A DNA stretch of 64,000 bases from Eledone cirrhosa. Lineage: Eukaryota. Position numbers and translations under genes: made by a program. The notes under the pieces are model-generated. The model worked only from the letters and a program-made list of their open reading frames with translations, had not been told where the DNA came from and searched no databases. How positions within the stretch are numbered: the first letter of the stretch is position 1; every line of letters starts with the position of its first letter. The DNA is taken from contig OZ024740.1 in NCBI GenBank assembly GCA_964016885.1, positions 417,694,001-417,758,000 of the forward strand. The letters are read 5' to 3'. This document shows positions 26,040 to 39,100 of the stretch, piece by piece.

Positions 26040-29000
26040 ATTGAAAGATCACAGCTCTGATATTACAGACATGTGGATAGAATGTCTCAGGAAAGAATCT
26101 CCGAGTTGAAAGACCACAGCTCTGATATTACAGACATGTGGCTAGAATGTCTCAGGAAAGAATCTCCGAATTGAGAGACGACAGCTCTGATATTACAGAC
26201 ATGTGGCTAGAATGTCTCAGGAAAGAATCTCCGAATTGAAAGATCACAGCTCTGATATTACAGACATGTGGATTGAATGTCTCAGGAAAGAATCTCCGAA
26301 TTGAGAGACCACAGCTCTGATATTACAGATATGTGGTTAGAATATCTCAGGAAAGAATCTCTGAATTGAGAGATCACAGCTCTGATATTACAGACATGTG
26401 ACTAGAATGTCTCAGGAAAGAATCTCATAATTGAGAGACCACAGCTCTGATATTACAGACATGAGGTTAGAATGTCTCAGGAAAGAATCTCTGAAATGTG
26501 AGATCACAGCTCTGATATTACAGACATGTGGTTAGAATGTCTCAGGAAAGAGTCTCTGAATTGAGAGACCACAGCTCTGATACTACAGACATGTGGTTAG
26601 AATGTCTCAGGAAAGAGTCTCTGAATTGAGAGACCACAGCTCTGATATTACAGACATGAGGTTAGAACGTCTCAGGAAAGAATCTCTGAATTGTGAGATC
26701 ACAGCTCTGATATTACAGACATGTGGTTAGAATGTCTCAGGAAAGAGTCTCTGAATTGAGAGACCACAGCTCTGATACTACAGACATGTGGTTAGAATGT
26801 CTCATGAAAGAATCTCTGAATTGAGAGACCACAGGTCTGATACTACAGACATGTGGTTAGAATGTCTCAGGAAAGCGTCTCTGAATTGAGAGACCACAAC
26901 TCCGATATTACAAACGTGTGGCTAGAATGTCTCAGGAAAGAGTCTCTGAATTGAGAGACCACAGCTCTGATGTTAAAGACATGTGGCTAGAATGTCTCAG
27001 GAAAGTGTCTCTGAATGGAGAGACCACAGCTCTGATACTACAGACATGTGGTTAGAATGTCTCAGGAAAGTGTCTCTGAATGGAGAGACCACAGCTCAGA
27101 TACTACAGACATGTGGTTAGAATGTCTCAGGAAAGAATCTCCGAATTGAGAGACCACAGCTCTGATATTACAGACATGTGGCTAGAATGTCTCAGGAAAG
27201 AATCTCCGAATTGAGAGACCACAGCTCTGATATTACAGACATGTGGCTAGAATATCTCAGGAAAGAATCTCTGAATTGAGAAGAGATCACAGCTCTGATA
27301 TTACAGGCATGGGGCTAGAATGTCTCAGGAAAGAATCTCCGAATTGAAAGAACACAGCTCTGATACTACAGACATGTGGATAGAATGTCTCAGGAAAGAA
27401 TCTGCGAATTGAAAGACCACAGCTCTGATATTACAGACATGTGGTAAGAATGTCTCAGGAAAGAATCCCCGAATTGAGAGACCACAGCTCTGATATTACA
27501 GACATGTGGCTAGAATGTCTCAGGAAAGAATCTCCGAATTGAGAGACCACAGCTCTGATATTACAGACATGTGTCTAGTATGTCACAGGAAAGAATCTCT
27601 GAATTGAGAGACCACAGCTCTGATATTACAGACATATGGTTAGAATGTCTCAGGAAAGAGTCTCTGATTTGAGAGACAACGGCTCTGATGTTACAGACAT
27701 GTGGTTAGAATGTCTCAGGAAAGAATCTCCGAATTGAGAGACCACAGCTCTGATATTACAAACATGTGGCTAGAATATCTCAGGAAAGAATCTCTGAATT
27801 GAGAGATCACAGCTCTGATATTACAGGCATGGGCTAGAATGTCTCAGCAAAGAATCTCCGAATTGAAAGATCACAGCTCTGATATTACAGACATGTGGAT
27901 AGAATGTCTCAGGAAAGAATCTCCGAATTGAAAGACCACAGCTCTGATATTACAGACATGTGGCTAGAATGTCTCAGGAAAGAATCTCCGAATTGAGAGA
28001 CCACAGCTCTGATATTACAAACATGTGGCTAGAATGTCTCAGGAAAGAATCTCCGAATTGAGAGACCACAGCTCTCATATTACAGACATGTGGCTAGAAT
28101 GTCTCAGGAAAGAATCTCCGAATTGAGAGACGACAGCTCTGATATTACAGACATGTGGCTAGAATGTCTCAGGAAAGAATCTCCGAATTGAAAGATCACA
28201 GCTCTGATATTACAGACATGTGGACTGAATGTCTCAGGAAAGAATCTCTGAATTGAGAGACGACAGCTCTGATATTACAGACATGTGGCTAGAATGTCTC
28301 AGGAAAGAATCTCCGAATTGAAAGACCACAGCTCTGATATTACAGACATGTGGCTAGAATGTCTCAGGAAAGAATCTCTGAATTGAGAGATCACAGCTCT
28401 GATATTACAGACATGTGACTAGAATGTCTCAGGAAAGAATCTCATAATTGAGAGACCACAGCTCTGATATTACAGACATGTGGTTAGAATGTCTCAGGAA
28501 GGAATCTCTGAATTGAGAGATCACAGCACTGATATTACAGACATGAGGTTAGAATGTCTCAGGAAAGAATCTCTGAAATGTGAGATCACAGCTCTGATAT
28601 TACAGACATGTGGTTAGAATGTCTCAGGAAAGAGTCTCTGAATTGAGAGACCACAGCTCTGATACTACAGACATGTGGTTAGAATATCTCAGGAAAGTGT
28701 CTCTGAATTGAGAGACCACAGCTCTGATATTACAGACATGAGGTTAGAACGTCTCAGGAAAGAATCTCTGAATTGTGAGATCACAGCTCTGATATTACAG
28801 ACATGTGGTTAGAATGTCTCAGGAAAGAGTCTCTGAATTGAGAGACCACAGCTCTGATACTACAGACATGTGGTTAGAATGTCTCAGGAAAGTGACTCTG
28901 AATGGAGAGACCACAGCTCTGATACTACAGACATGTGGTTAGAATGTCTCAGGAAAGAGTCTCTGAATTGAGAGACCACAGCTCTGATACTACAGACATG

Positions 29001-32000
29001 TGGTTAGAATGTCTCAGGAAAGAATCTCCGAATTGAGAGACCACAGCTCTGATATTACAGACATGTGGCTAGAATATCTCAGGAATGAATCTCTGAATTG
29101 AGAGATCACAGCTCTGATATTACAGACATGTGGTTAGAATGTCTCAGGAAAGAGTCTCTGAATTGAGAGACGACAGCTCTGATATAACAGACATGTGGCT
29201 AGAATATCTCAGGAAAGAATCTCTAAATTGAGAGATCACAGCTCTGATATTACAGACATGTGGCAAGAATGTCTCGGGAAAGAATCTCTGAATTGAGAGA
29301 CCACAGCTCTGATACTACAGACATGTGGTTAGAATGTCTCAGGAAAGAATCTCCGAATTGAGAGACCACGGCTCTGATATTACAGACATCTGGCTAGAAT
29401 GTCTCAGGAAAGAATCTCCGAATTGAGAGACCACAGCTCTGATATTACAGACATGTGGCTAGAATATCTCAGGAAAGAATCTCTGAATTGAGAAGAGATC
29501 ACAGCTCTGATATTACAGGCATGGGGCTAGAATGTCTCAGGAAAGAATCTCCGAATTGAAAGAACACAGCTCTGATATTACAGACATGTGGATAGAATGT
29601 CTCAGGAAAGAATCTGCGAATTGAAAGACCACAGCTCTGATATTACAGACATGTGGTAAGAATGTCTCAGGAAAGAATCTCCGAATTGAGAGACCACAGC
29701 TCTGATATTACAGACATGTGGCTAGAATGTCTCAGGAAAGAATCTCCAAATTGAGAGACCACAGCTCTGATATTACAGACATGTGGCTAGTATGTCACAG
29801 GAAAGAATCTCTGAATTGAGAGACCACAGCTCTGATATTACAGACATATGGTTAGAATGTCTCAGGAAAGAGTCTCTGAATTGAGAGACAACGGCTCTGA
29901 TGTTACAGACATGTGGTTAGAATGTCTCAGGAAAGAATCTCCGAATTGAGAGACCACAGCTCTGATATTACAGACATGTGGCTAGAATATCTCAGGAAAG
30001 AATCTCTGAATTGAGAGATCACAGCTCTGATATTACAGGCATGGGGCTAGAATGTCTCAGCAAAGAATCTCCGAATTGAAAGACCACAGCTCTGATATTA
30101 CAGACATGTGGCTAGAATGTCTCAGGAAAGAATCTCCGAATTGAGAGACCACAGCTCTGATATTACAAACATGTGGCTAGAATGTCTCAGGAAAGAATCT
30201 CCGAATTGAGAGACCACAGCTCTGATATTACAGACATGTGGCTAGAATGTCTCAGGAAAGAATCTCCGAATTGAGAGACGACAGCTCTGATATTACAGAC
30301 ATGTGGCTAGAATGTCTCAGGAAAGAATCTCCGAATTGAAAGATCACAGCTCTGATATTACAGACATGTGGACTGAATGTCTCAGGAAAGAATCTCTGAA
30401 TTGAGAGACGACAGCTCTGATATTACAGACATGTGGCTAGAATGTCTCAGGAAAGAATCTCCGAATTGAAAGACCACAGCTCTGATATTACAGACATGTG
30501 GCTAGAATGTCTCAGGAAAGAATCTCTGAATTGAGAGATCACAGCTCTGATATTACAGACATGTGACTAGAATGTCTCAGGAAAGAATCTCATAATTGAG
30601 AGACCACAGCTCTGATATTACAGACATGTGGTTAGAATGTCTCAGGAAGGAATCTCTGAATTGAGAGATCACAGCACTGATATTACAGACATGAGGTTAG
30701 AATGTCTCAGGAAAGAATCTCTGAAATGTGATATCACAGCTCTGATATTACAGACATGTGGTTAGAATGTCTCAGGAAAGAGTCTCTGAATTGAGAGACC
30801 ACAGCTCTGATACTACAGACATGTGGTTAGAATGTCTCAGGAAAGAGTCTCTGAATTGAGAGACCACAGCTCTGATATTACAGACATGAGGTTAGAACGT
30901 CTCAGGAAAGAATCTCTGAATTGTGAGATCACAGCTCTGATATTACAGACATGTGGTTAGAATGTCTCAGGAAAGAGTCTCTGAATTGAGAGACCACAGC
31001 TCTGATACTACAGACATGTGGTTAGAATGTCTCAGGAAAGAATCTCTGAATTGAGAGACCTCAGCTCTGATACTACAGACATGTGGTTAGAATGTCTCAG
31101 GAAAGAGTCTCTGAATTGAGAGATCACAGCTCTGATATTACAGACATGTGGTTAGAATGTCTCAGGAAAGAATCTCTGAATTGAGAGACCACAGGTCTGA
31201 CACTACAGACATGTGGTTAGAATGTCTCAGGAAAGAGTCTCTGAATTGAGAGACCACAACTCCGATATTACAAACGTGTGGCTAGAATTTCTCAGGAAAG
31301 AGTCTCTGAGTTGAGAGACCACAGCTCTGATGTTAAAGACATGTGGCTAGAATGTCTCAGGAAAGTGTCTCTGAATGGAGAGACCACAGCTCTGATACTA
31401 CAGACATGTGGTTAGAATGTCTCAGGAAAGTGTCTCTGAATGGAGAAACCACAGCTCTGATACTACAGACATGTGGTTAGAATGTCTCAGGAAAGAGTCT
31501 CTGAATTGAGAGACCACAGCTCTGATACTACAGACATGTGGTTAGAATGTCTCAGGAAAGAATCTCCGAATTGAGAGACCACAGCTCTGCTATTACAGAC
31601 ATGTGGTTAGAATATCTCAGGAATGAATCTCTGAATTGAGAGATCACAGCTCTGATATTACAGACATGTGGTTATAATGTCTCAGGAAAGAGTCTCTGAA
31701 TTGAGAGACGACAGCTCTGATACTACAGACATGTGGTTAGAATGTCTCAGGAAAGAATCTCCGAATTGAGAGACTACAGCTCTGATATTACAGACATGTG
31801 GCTAGAATGTCTCAGGAAAGAATCTCCGAATTGAGAGACCACAGCTCTGATATTACAGACATGTGGCTAGAATATCTCAGGAAAGAATCTCTGAATTGAG
31901 AAGAGATCACAGCTCTGATATTACAGGCATGGGGCTAGAATGTCTCAGGAAAGAATCTCCGAATTGAAAGAACACAGCTCTGATATTACAGACATGTGGA

Positions 32001-35000
32001 TAGAATGTCTCAGGAAAGAATCTGCGAATTGAAAGACCACAGCTCTGATATTACAGACATGTGGTAAGAATGTCTCAGGAAAGAATCTCCGAATTGAGAG
32101 ACCACAGCTCTGATATTACAGACATGTGGCTAGAATGTCTCAGGAAAGAATCTCCGAATTGAGAGACCACAGCTCTGATATTACAGACATGTGGCTAGTA
32201 TGTCACAGGAAAGAATCTCTGAATTGAGAGACCACAGCTCTGATATTACAGACATATGGTTAGAATGTCTCAGGAAAGAGTCTCTGAATTGAGAGACAAC
32301 GGCTCTGATGTTACAGACATGTGGTTAGAATGTCTCAGGAAAGAATCTCCGAATTGAGAGACCACAGCTCTGATATTACAGACATGTGGCTAGAATATCT
32401 CAGGAAAGAATCTCCGAATTGAGAGATCACAGCTCTGATATTACAGGCATGGGGCTAGAATGTCTCAGCAAACAATCTCCGAATTGAAAGATCACAGCTC
32501 TGATATTACAGACATGTGGATAGAATGTCTCAGGAAAGAATCTCCGAGTTGAAAGACCACAGCTCTGATATTACAGACATGTGGCTAGAATGTCTCAGGA
32601 AAGAATCTCCGAATTGAGAGACGACAGCTCTGATATTACAGACATGTGGCTAGAATGTCTCAGGAAAGAATCTCCGAATTGAAAGATCACAGCTCTGATA
32701 TTACAGACATGTGGATTGAATGTCTCAGGAAAGAATCTCCGAATTGAGAGACCACAGCTCTGATATTACAGATATGTGGTTAGAATATCTCAGGAAAGAA
32801 TCTCTGAATTGAGAGATCACAGCTCTGATATTACAGACATGTGACTAGAATGTCTCAGGAAAGAATCTCATAATTGAGAGACCACAGCTCTGATATTACA
32901 GACATGAGGTTAGAATGTCTCAGGAAAGAATCTCTGAAATGTGAGATCACAGCTCTGATATTACAGACATGTGGTTAGAATGTCTCAGGAAAGAGTCTCT
33001 GAATTGAGAGACCACAGCTCTGATACTACAGACATGTGGTTAGAATGTCTCAGGAAAGAGTCTCTGAATTGAGAGACCACAGCTCTGATATTACAGACAT
33101 GAGGTTAGAACGTCTCAGGAAAGAATCTCTGAATTGTGAGATCACAGCTCTGATATTACAGACATGTGGTTAGAATGTCTCAGGAAAGAGTCTCTGAATT
33201 GAGAGACCACAGCTCTGATACTACAGACATGTGGTTAGAATGTCTCAGGAAAGAATCTCTGAATTGAGAGACCACAGGTCTGATACTACAGACATGTGGT
33301 TAGAATGTCTCAGGAAAGCGTCTCTGAATTGAGAGACCACAACTCCGATATTACAAACGTGTGGCTAGAATGTCTCAGGAAAGAGTCTCTGAATTGAGAG
33401 ACCACAGCTCTGATGTTAAAGACATGTGGCTAGAATGTCTCAGGAAAGTGTCTCTGAATGGAGAGACCACAGCTCTGATACTACAGACATGTGGTTAGAA
33501 TGTCTCAGGAAAGTGTCTCTGAATGGAGAGACCACAGCTCTGATACTACAGACATGTGGTTAGAATGTCTCAGGAAAGAATCTCCGAATTGAGAGACCAC
33601 AGCTCTGATATTACAGACATGTGGCTAGAATGTCTCAGGAAAGAATCTCCGAATTGAGAGACCACAGCTCTGATATTACAGACATGTGGCTAGAATATCT
33701 CAGGAAAGAATCTCTGAATTGAGAAGAGATCACAGCTCTGATATTACAGGCATGGGGCTAGAATGTCTCAGGAAAGAATCTCCGAATTGAAAGAACACAG
33801 CTCTGATACTACAGACATGTGGATAGAATGTCTCAGGAAAGAATCTGCGAATTGAAAGACCACAGCTCTGATATTACAGACATGTGGTAAGAATGTCTCA
33901 GGAAAGAATCCCCGAATTGAGAGACCACAGCTCTGATATTACAGACATGTGGCTAGAATGTCTCAGGAAAGAATCTCCGAATTGAGAGACCACAGCTCTG
34001 ATATTACAGACATGTGTCTAGTATGTCACAGGAAAGAATCTCTGAATTGAGAGACCACAGCTCTGATATTACAGACATATGGTTAGAATGTCTCAGGAAA
34101 GAGTCTCTGATTTGAGAGACAACGGCTCTGATGTTACAGACATGTGGTTAGAATGTCTCAGGAAAGAATCTCCGAATTGAGAGACCACAGCTCTGATATT
34201 ACAAACATGTGGCTAGAATATCTCAGGAAAGAATCTCTGAATTGAGAGATCACAGCTCTGATATTACAGGCATGGGCTAGAATGTCTCAGCAAAGAATCT
34301 CCGAATTGAAAGATCACAGCTCTGATATTACAGACATGTGGATAGAATGTCTCAGGAAAGAATCTCCGAATTGAAAGACCACAGCTCTGATATTACAGAC
34401 ATGTGGCTAGAATGTCTCAGGAAAGAATCTCCGAATTGAGAGACCACAGCTCTGATATTACAAACATGTGGCTAGAATGTCTCAGGAAAGAATCTCCGAA
34501 TTGAGAGACCACAGCTCTCATATTACAGACATGTGGCTAGAATGTCTCAGGAAAGAATCTCCGAATTGAGAGACGACAGCTCTGATATTACAGACATGTG
34601 GCTAGAATGTCTCAGGAAAGAATCTCCGAATTGAAAGATCACAGCTCTGATATTACAGACATGTGGACTGAATGTCTCAGGAAAGAATCTCTGAATTGAG
34701 AGACGACAGCTCTGATATTACAGACATGTGGCTAGAATGTCTCAGGAAAGAATCTCCGAATTGAAAGACCACAGCTCTGATATTACAGACATGTGGCTAG
34801 AATGTCTCAGGAAAGAATCTCTGAATTGAGAGATCACAGCTCTGATATTACAGACATGTGACTAGAATGTCTCAGGAAAGAATCTCATAATTGAGAGACC
34901 ACAGCTCTGATATTACAGACATGTGGTTAGAATGTCTCAGGAAGGAATCTCTGAATTGAGAGATCACAGCACTGATATTACAGACATGAGGTTAGAATGT

Positions 35001-38000
35001 CTCAGGAAAGAATCTCTGAAATGTGAGATCACAGCTCTGATATTACAGACATGTGGTTAGAATGTCTCAGGAAAGAGTCTCTGAATTGAGAGACCACAGC
35101 TCTGATACTACAGACATGTGGTTAGAATGTCTCAGGAAAGTGTCTCTGAATTGAGAGACCACAGCTCTGATATTACAGACATGAGGTTAGAACGTCTCAG
35201 GAAAGAATCTCTGAATTGTGAGATCACAGCTCTGATATTACAGACATGTGGTTAGAATGTCTCAGGAAAGAGTCTCTGAATTGAGAGACCACAGCTCTGA
35301 TACTACAGACATGTGGTTAGAATGTCTCAGGAAAGTGTCTCTGAATGGAGAGACCACAGCTCTGATACTACAGACATGTGGTTAGAATGTCTCAGGAAAG
35401 AGTCTCTGAATTGAGAGACCACAGCTCTGATACTACAGACATGTGGTTAGAATGTCTCAGGAAAGAATCTCCGAATTGAGAGACCACAGCTCTGATATTA
35501 CAGACATGTGGCTAGAATATCTCAGGAATGAATCTCTGAATTGAGAGATCACAGCTCTGATATTACAGACATGTGGTTAGAATGTCTCAGGAAAGAGTCT
35601 CTGAATTGAGAGACGACAGCTCTGATATAACAGACATGTGGCTAGAATATCTCAGGAAAGAATCTCTAAATTGAGAGATCACAGCTCTGATATTACAGAC
35701 ATGTGGCAAGAATGTCTCAGGAAAGAATCTCTGAATTGAGAGACCACAGCTCTGATACTACAGACATGTGGTTAGAATGTCTCAGGAAAGAATCTCCGAA
35801 TTGAGAGACCACGGCTCTGATATTACAGACATGTGGCTAGAATGTCTCAGGAAAGAATCTCCGAATTGAGAGACCACAGCTCTGATATTACAGACATGTG
35901 GCTAGAATATCTCAGGAAAGAATCTCTGAATTGAGAAGAGATCACAGCTCTGATATTACAGGCATGGGGCTAGAATGTCTCAGGAAAGAATCTCCGAATT
36001 GAAAGAACACAGCTCTGATATTACAGACATGTGGATAGAATGTCTCAGGAAAGAATCTGCGAATTGAAAGACCACAGCTCTGATATTACAGACATGTGGT
36101 AAGAATGTCTCAGGAAAGAATCTCCGAATTGAGAGACCACAGCTCTGATATTACAGACATGTGGCTAGAATGTCTCAGGAAAGAATCTCCAAATTGAGAG
36201 ACCACAGCTCTGATATTACAGACATGTGGCTAGTATGTCACAGGAAAGAATCTCTGAATTGAGAGACCACAGCTCTGATATTACAGACATATGGTTAGAA
36301 TGTCTCAGGAAAGAGTCTCTGAATTGAGAGACAACGGCTCTGATGTTACAGACATGTGGTTAGAATGTCTCAGGAAAGAATCTCCGAATTGAGAGACCAC
36401 AGCTCTGATATTACAGACATGTGGCTAGAATATCTCAGGAAAGAATCTCTGAATTGAGAGATCACAGCTCTGATATTACAGGCATGGGGCTAGAATGTCT
36501 CAGCAAAGAATCTCCGAATTGAAAGACCACAGCTCTGATATTACAGACATGTGGCTAGAATGTCTCAGGAAAGAATCTCCGAATTGAGAGACCACAGCTC
36601 TGATATTACAAACATGTGGCTAGAATGTCTCAGGAAAGAATCTCCGAATTGAGAGACCACAGCTCTGATATTACAGACATGTGGCTAGAATGTCTCAGGA
36701 AAGAATCTCCGAATTGAGAGACGACAGCTCTGATATTACAGACATGTGGCTAGAATGTCTCAGGAAAGAATCTCCGAATTGAAAGATCACAGCTCTGATA
36801 TTACAGACATGTGGACTGAATGTCTCAGGAAAGAATCTCTGAATTGAGAGACGACAGCTCTGATATTACAGACATGTGGCTAGAATGTCTCAGGAAAGAA
36901 TCTCCGAATTGAAAGACCACAGCTCTGATATTACAGACATGTGGCTAGAATGTCTCAGGAAAGAATCTCTGAATTGAGAGATCACAGCTCTGATATTACA
37001 GACATGTGACTAGAATGTCTCAGGAAAGAATCTCATAATTGAGAGACCACAGCTCTGATATTACAGACATGTGGTTAGAATGTCTCAGGAAGGAATCTCT
37101 GAATTGAGAGATCACAGCACTGATATTACAGACATGAGGTTAGAATGTTTCAGGAAAGAATCTCTGAAATGTGATATCACAGCTCTGATATTACAGACAT
37201 GTGGTTAGAATGTCTCAGGAAAGAGTCTCTGAATTGAGAGACCACAGCTCTGATACTACAGACATGTGGTTAGAATGTCTCAGGAAAGAGTCTCTGAATT
37301 GAGAGACCACAGCTCTGATATTACAGACATGAGGTTAGAACGTCTCAGGAAAGAATCTCTGAATTGTGAGATCACAGCTCTGATATTACAGACATGTGGT
37401 TAGAATGTCTCAGGAAAGAGTCTCTGAATTGAGAGACCACAGCTCTGATACTACAGACATGTGGTTAGAATGTCTCAGGAAAGAATCTCTGAATTGAGAG
37501 ACCTCAGCTCTGATACTACAGACATGTGGTTAGAATGTCTCAGGAAAGAGTCTCTGAATTGAGAGATCACAGCTCTGATATTACAGACATGTGGTTAGAA
37601 TGTCTCAGGAAAGAATCTCTGAATTGAGAGACCACAGGTCTGACACTACAGACATGTGGTTAGAATGTCTCAGGAAAGAGTCTCTGAATTGAGAGACCAC
37701 AACTCCGATATTACAAACGTGTGGCTAGAATTTCTCAGGAAAGAGTCTCTGAGTTGAGAGACCACAGCTCTGATGTTAAAGACATGTGGCTAGAATGTCT
37801 CAGGAAAGTGTCTCTGAATGGAGAGACCACAGCTCTGATACTACAGACATGTGGTTAGAATGTCTCAGGAAAGTGTCTCTGAATGGAGAAACCACAGCTC
37901 TGTTACTACAGACATGTGGTTAGAATGTCTCAGGAAAGAGTCTCTGAATTGAGAGACCACAGCTCTGATACTACAGACATGTGGTTAGAATGTCTCAGGA

Positions 38001-39100
38001 AAGAATCTCCGAATTGAGAGACCACAGCTCTGCTATTACAGACATGTGGTTAGAATATCTCAGGAATGAATCTCTGAATTGAGAGATCACAGCTCTGATA
38101 TTACAGACATGTGGTTATAATGTCTCAGGAAAGAGTCTCTGAATTGAGAGACGACAGCTCTGATATAACAGACATGTGGCTAGAATATCTCAGGAAAGAA
38201 TCTCTAAATTGAGAGATCACAGCTCTGATATTACAGACATGTGGCAAGAATGTCTCAGGAAAGAATCTCTGAATTGAGAGACCACAGCTCTGATACTACA
38301 GACATGTGGTTAGAATGTCTCAGGAAAGAATCTCCGAATTGAGAGACTACAGCTCTGATATTACAGACATGTGGCTAGAATGTCTCAGGAAAGAATCTCC
38401 GAATTGAGAGACCACAGCTCTGATATTACAGACATGTGGCTAGAATATCTCAGGAAAGAATCTCTGAATTGAGAAGAGATCACAGCTCTGATATTACAGG
38501 CATGGGGCTAGAATGTCTCAGGAAAGAATCTCCGAATTGAAAGAACACAGCTCTGATATTACAGACATGTGGATAGAATGTCTCAGGAAAGAATCTGCGA
38601 ATTGAAAGACCACAGCTCTGATATTACAGACATGTGGTAAGAATGTCTCAGGAAAGAATCTCCGAATTGAGAGACCACAGCTCTGATATTACAGACATGT
38701 GGCTAGAATGTCTCAGGAAAGAATCTCCGAATTGAGAGACCACAGCTCTGATATTACAGACATGTGGCTAGTATGTCACAGGAAAGAATCTCTGAATTGA
38801 GAGACCACAGCTCTGATATTACAGACATATGGTTAGAATGTCTCAGGAAAGAGTCTCTGAATTGAGAGACAACGGCTCTGATGTTACAGACATGTGGTTA
38901 GAATGTCTCAGGAAAGAATCTCCGAATTGAGAGACCACAGCTCTGATATTACAGACATGTGGCTAGAATATCTCAGGAAAGAATCTCCGAATTGAGAGAT
39001 CACAGCTCTGATATTACAGGCATGGGGCTAGAATGTCTCAGCAAACAATCTCCGAATTGAAAGATCACAGCTCTGATATTACAGACATGTGGATAGAATG
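26040..39100 (+). repeat. Tandem duplication of a 99-monomer block (6443 bp; second copy two monomers longer)
   Basis: CCGAGTT 26101/32544, GAAAGCGTC 26876/33319 and +3 insertions 27275/33718 and 29487/35930 are all 6443 apart (99x65+9-1). After ~31.7 kb the offset becomes 6573 (31895/38468; GCAAACAATC 32468/39041). Confidence 0.93.
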
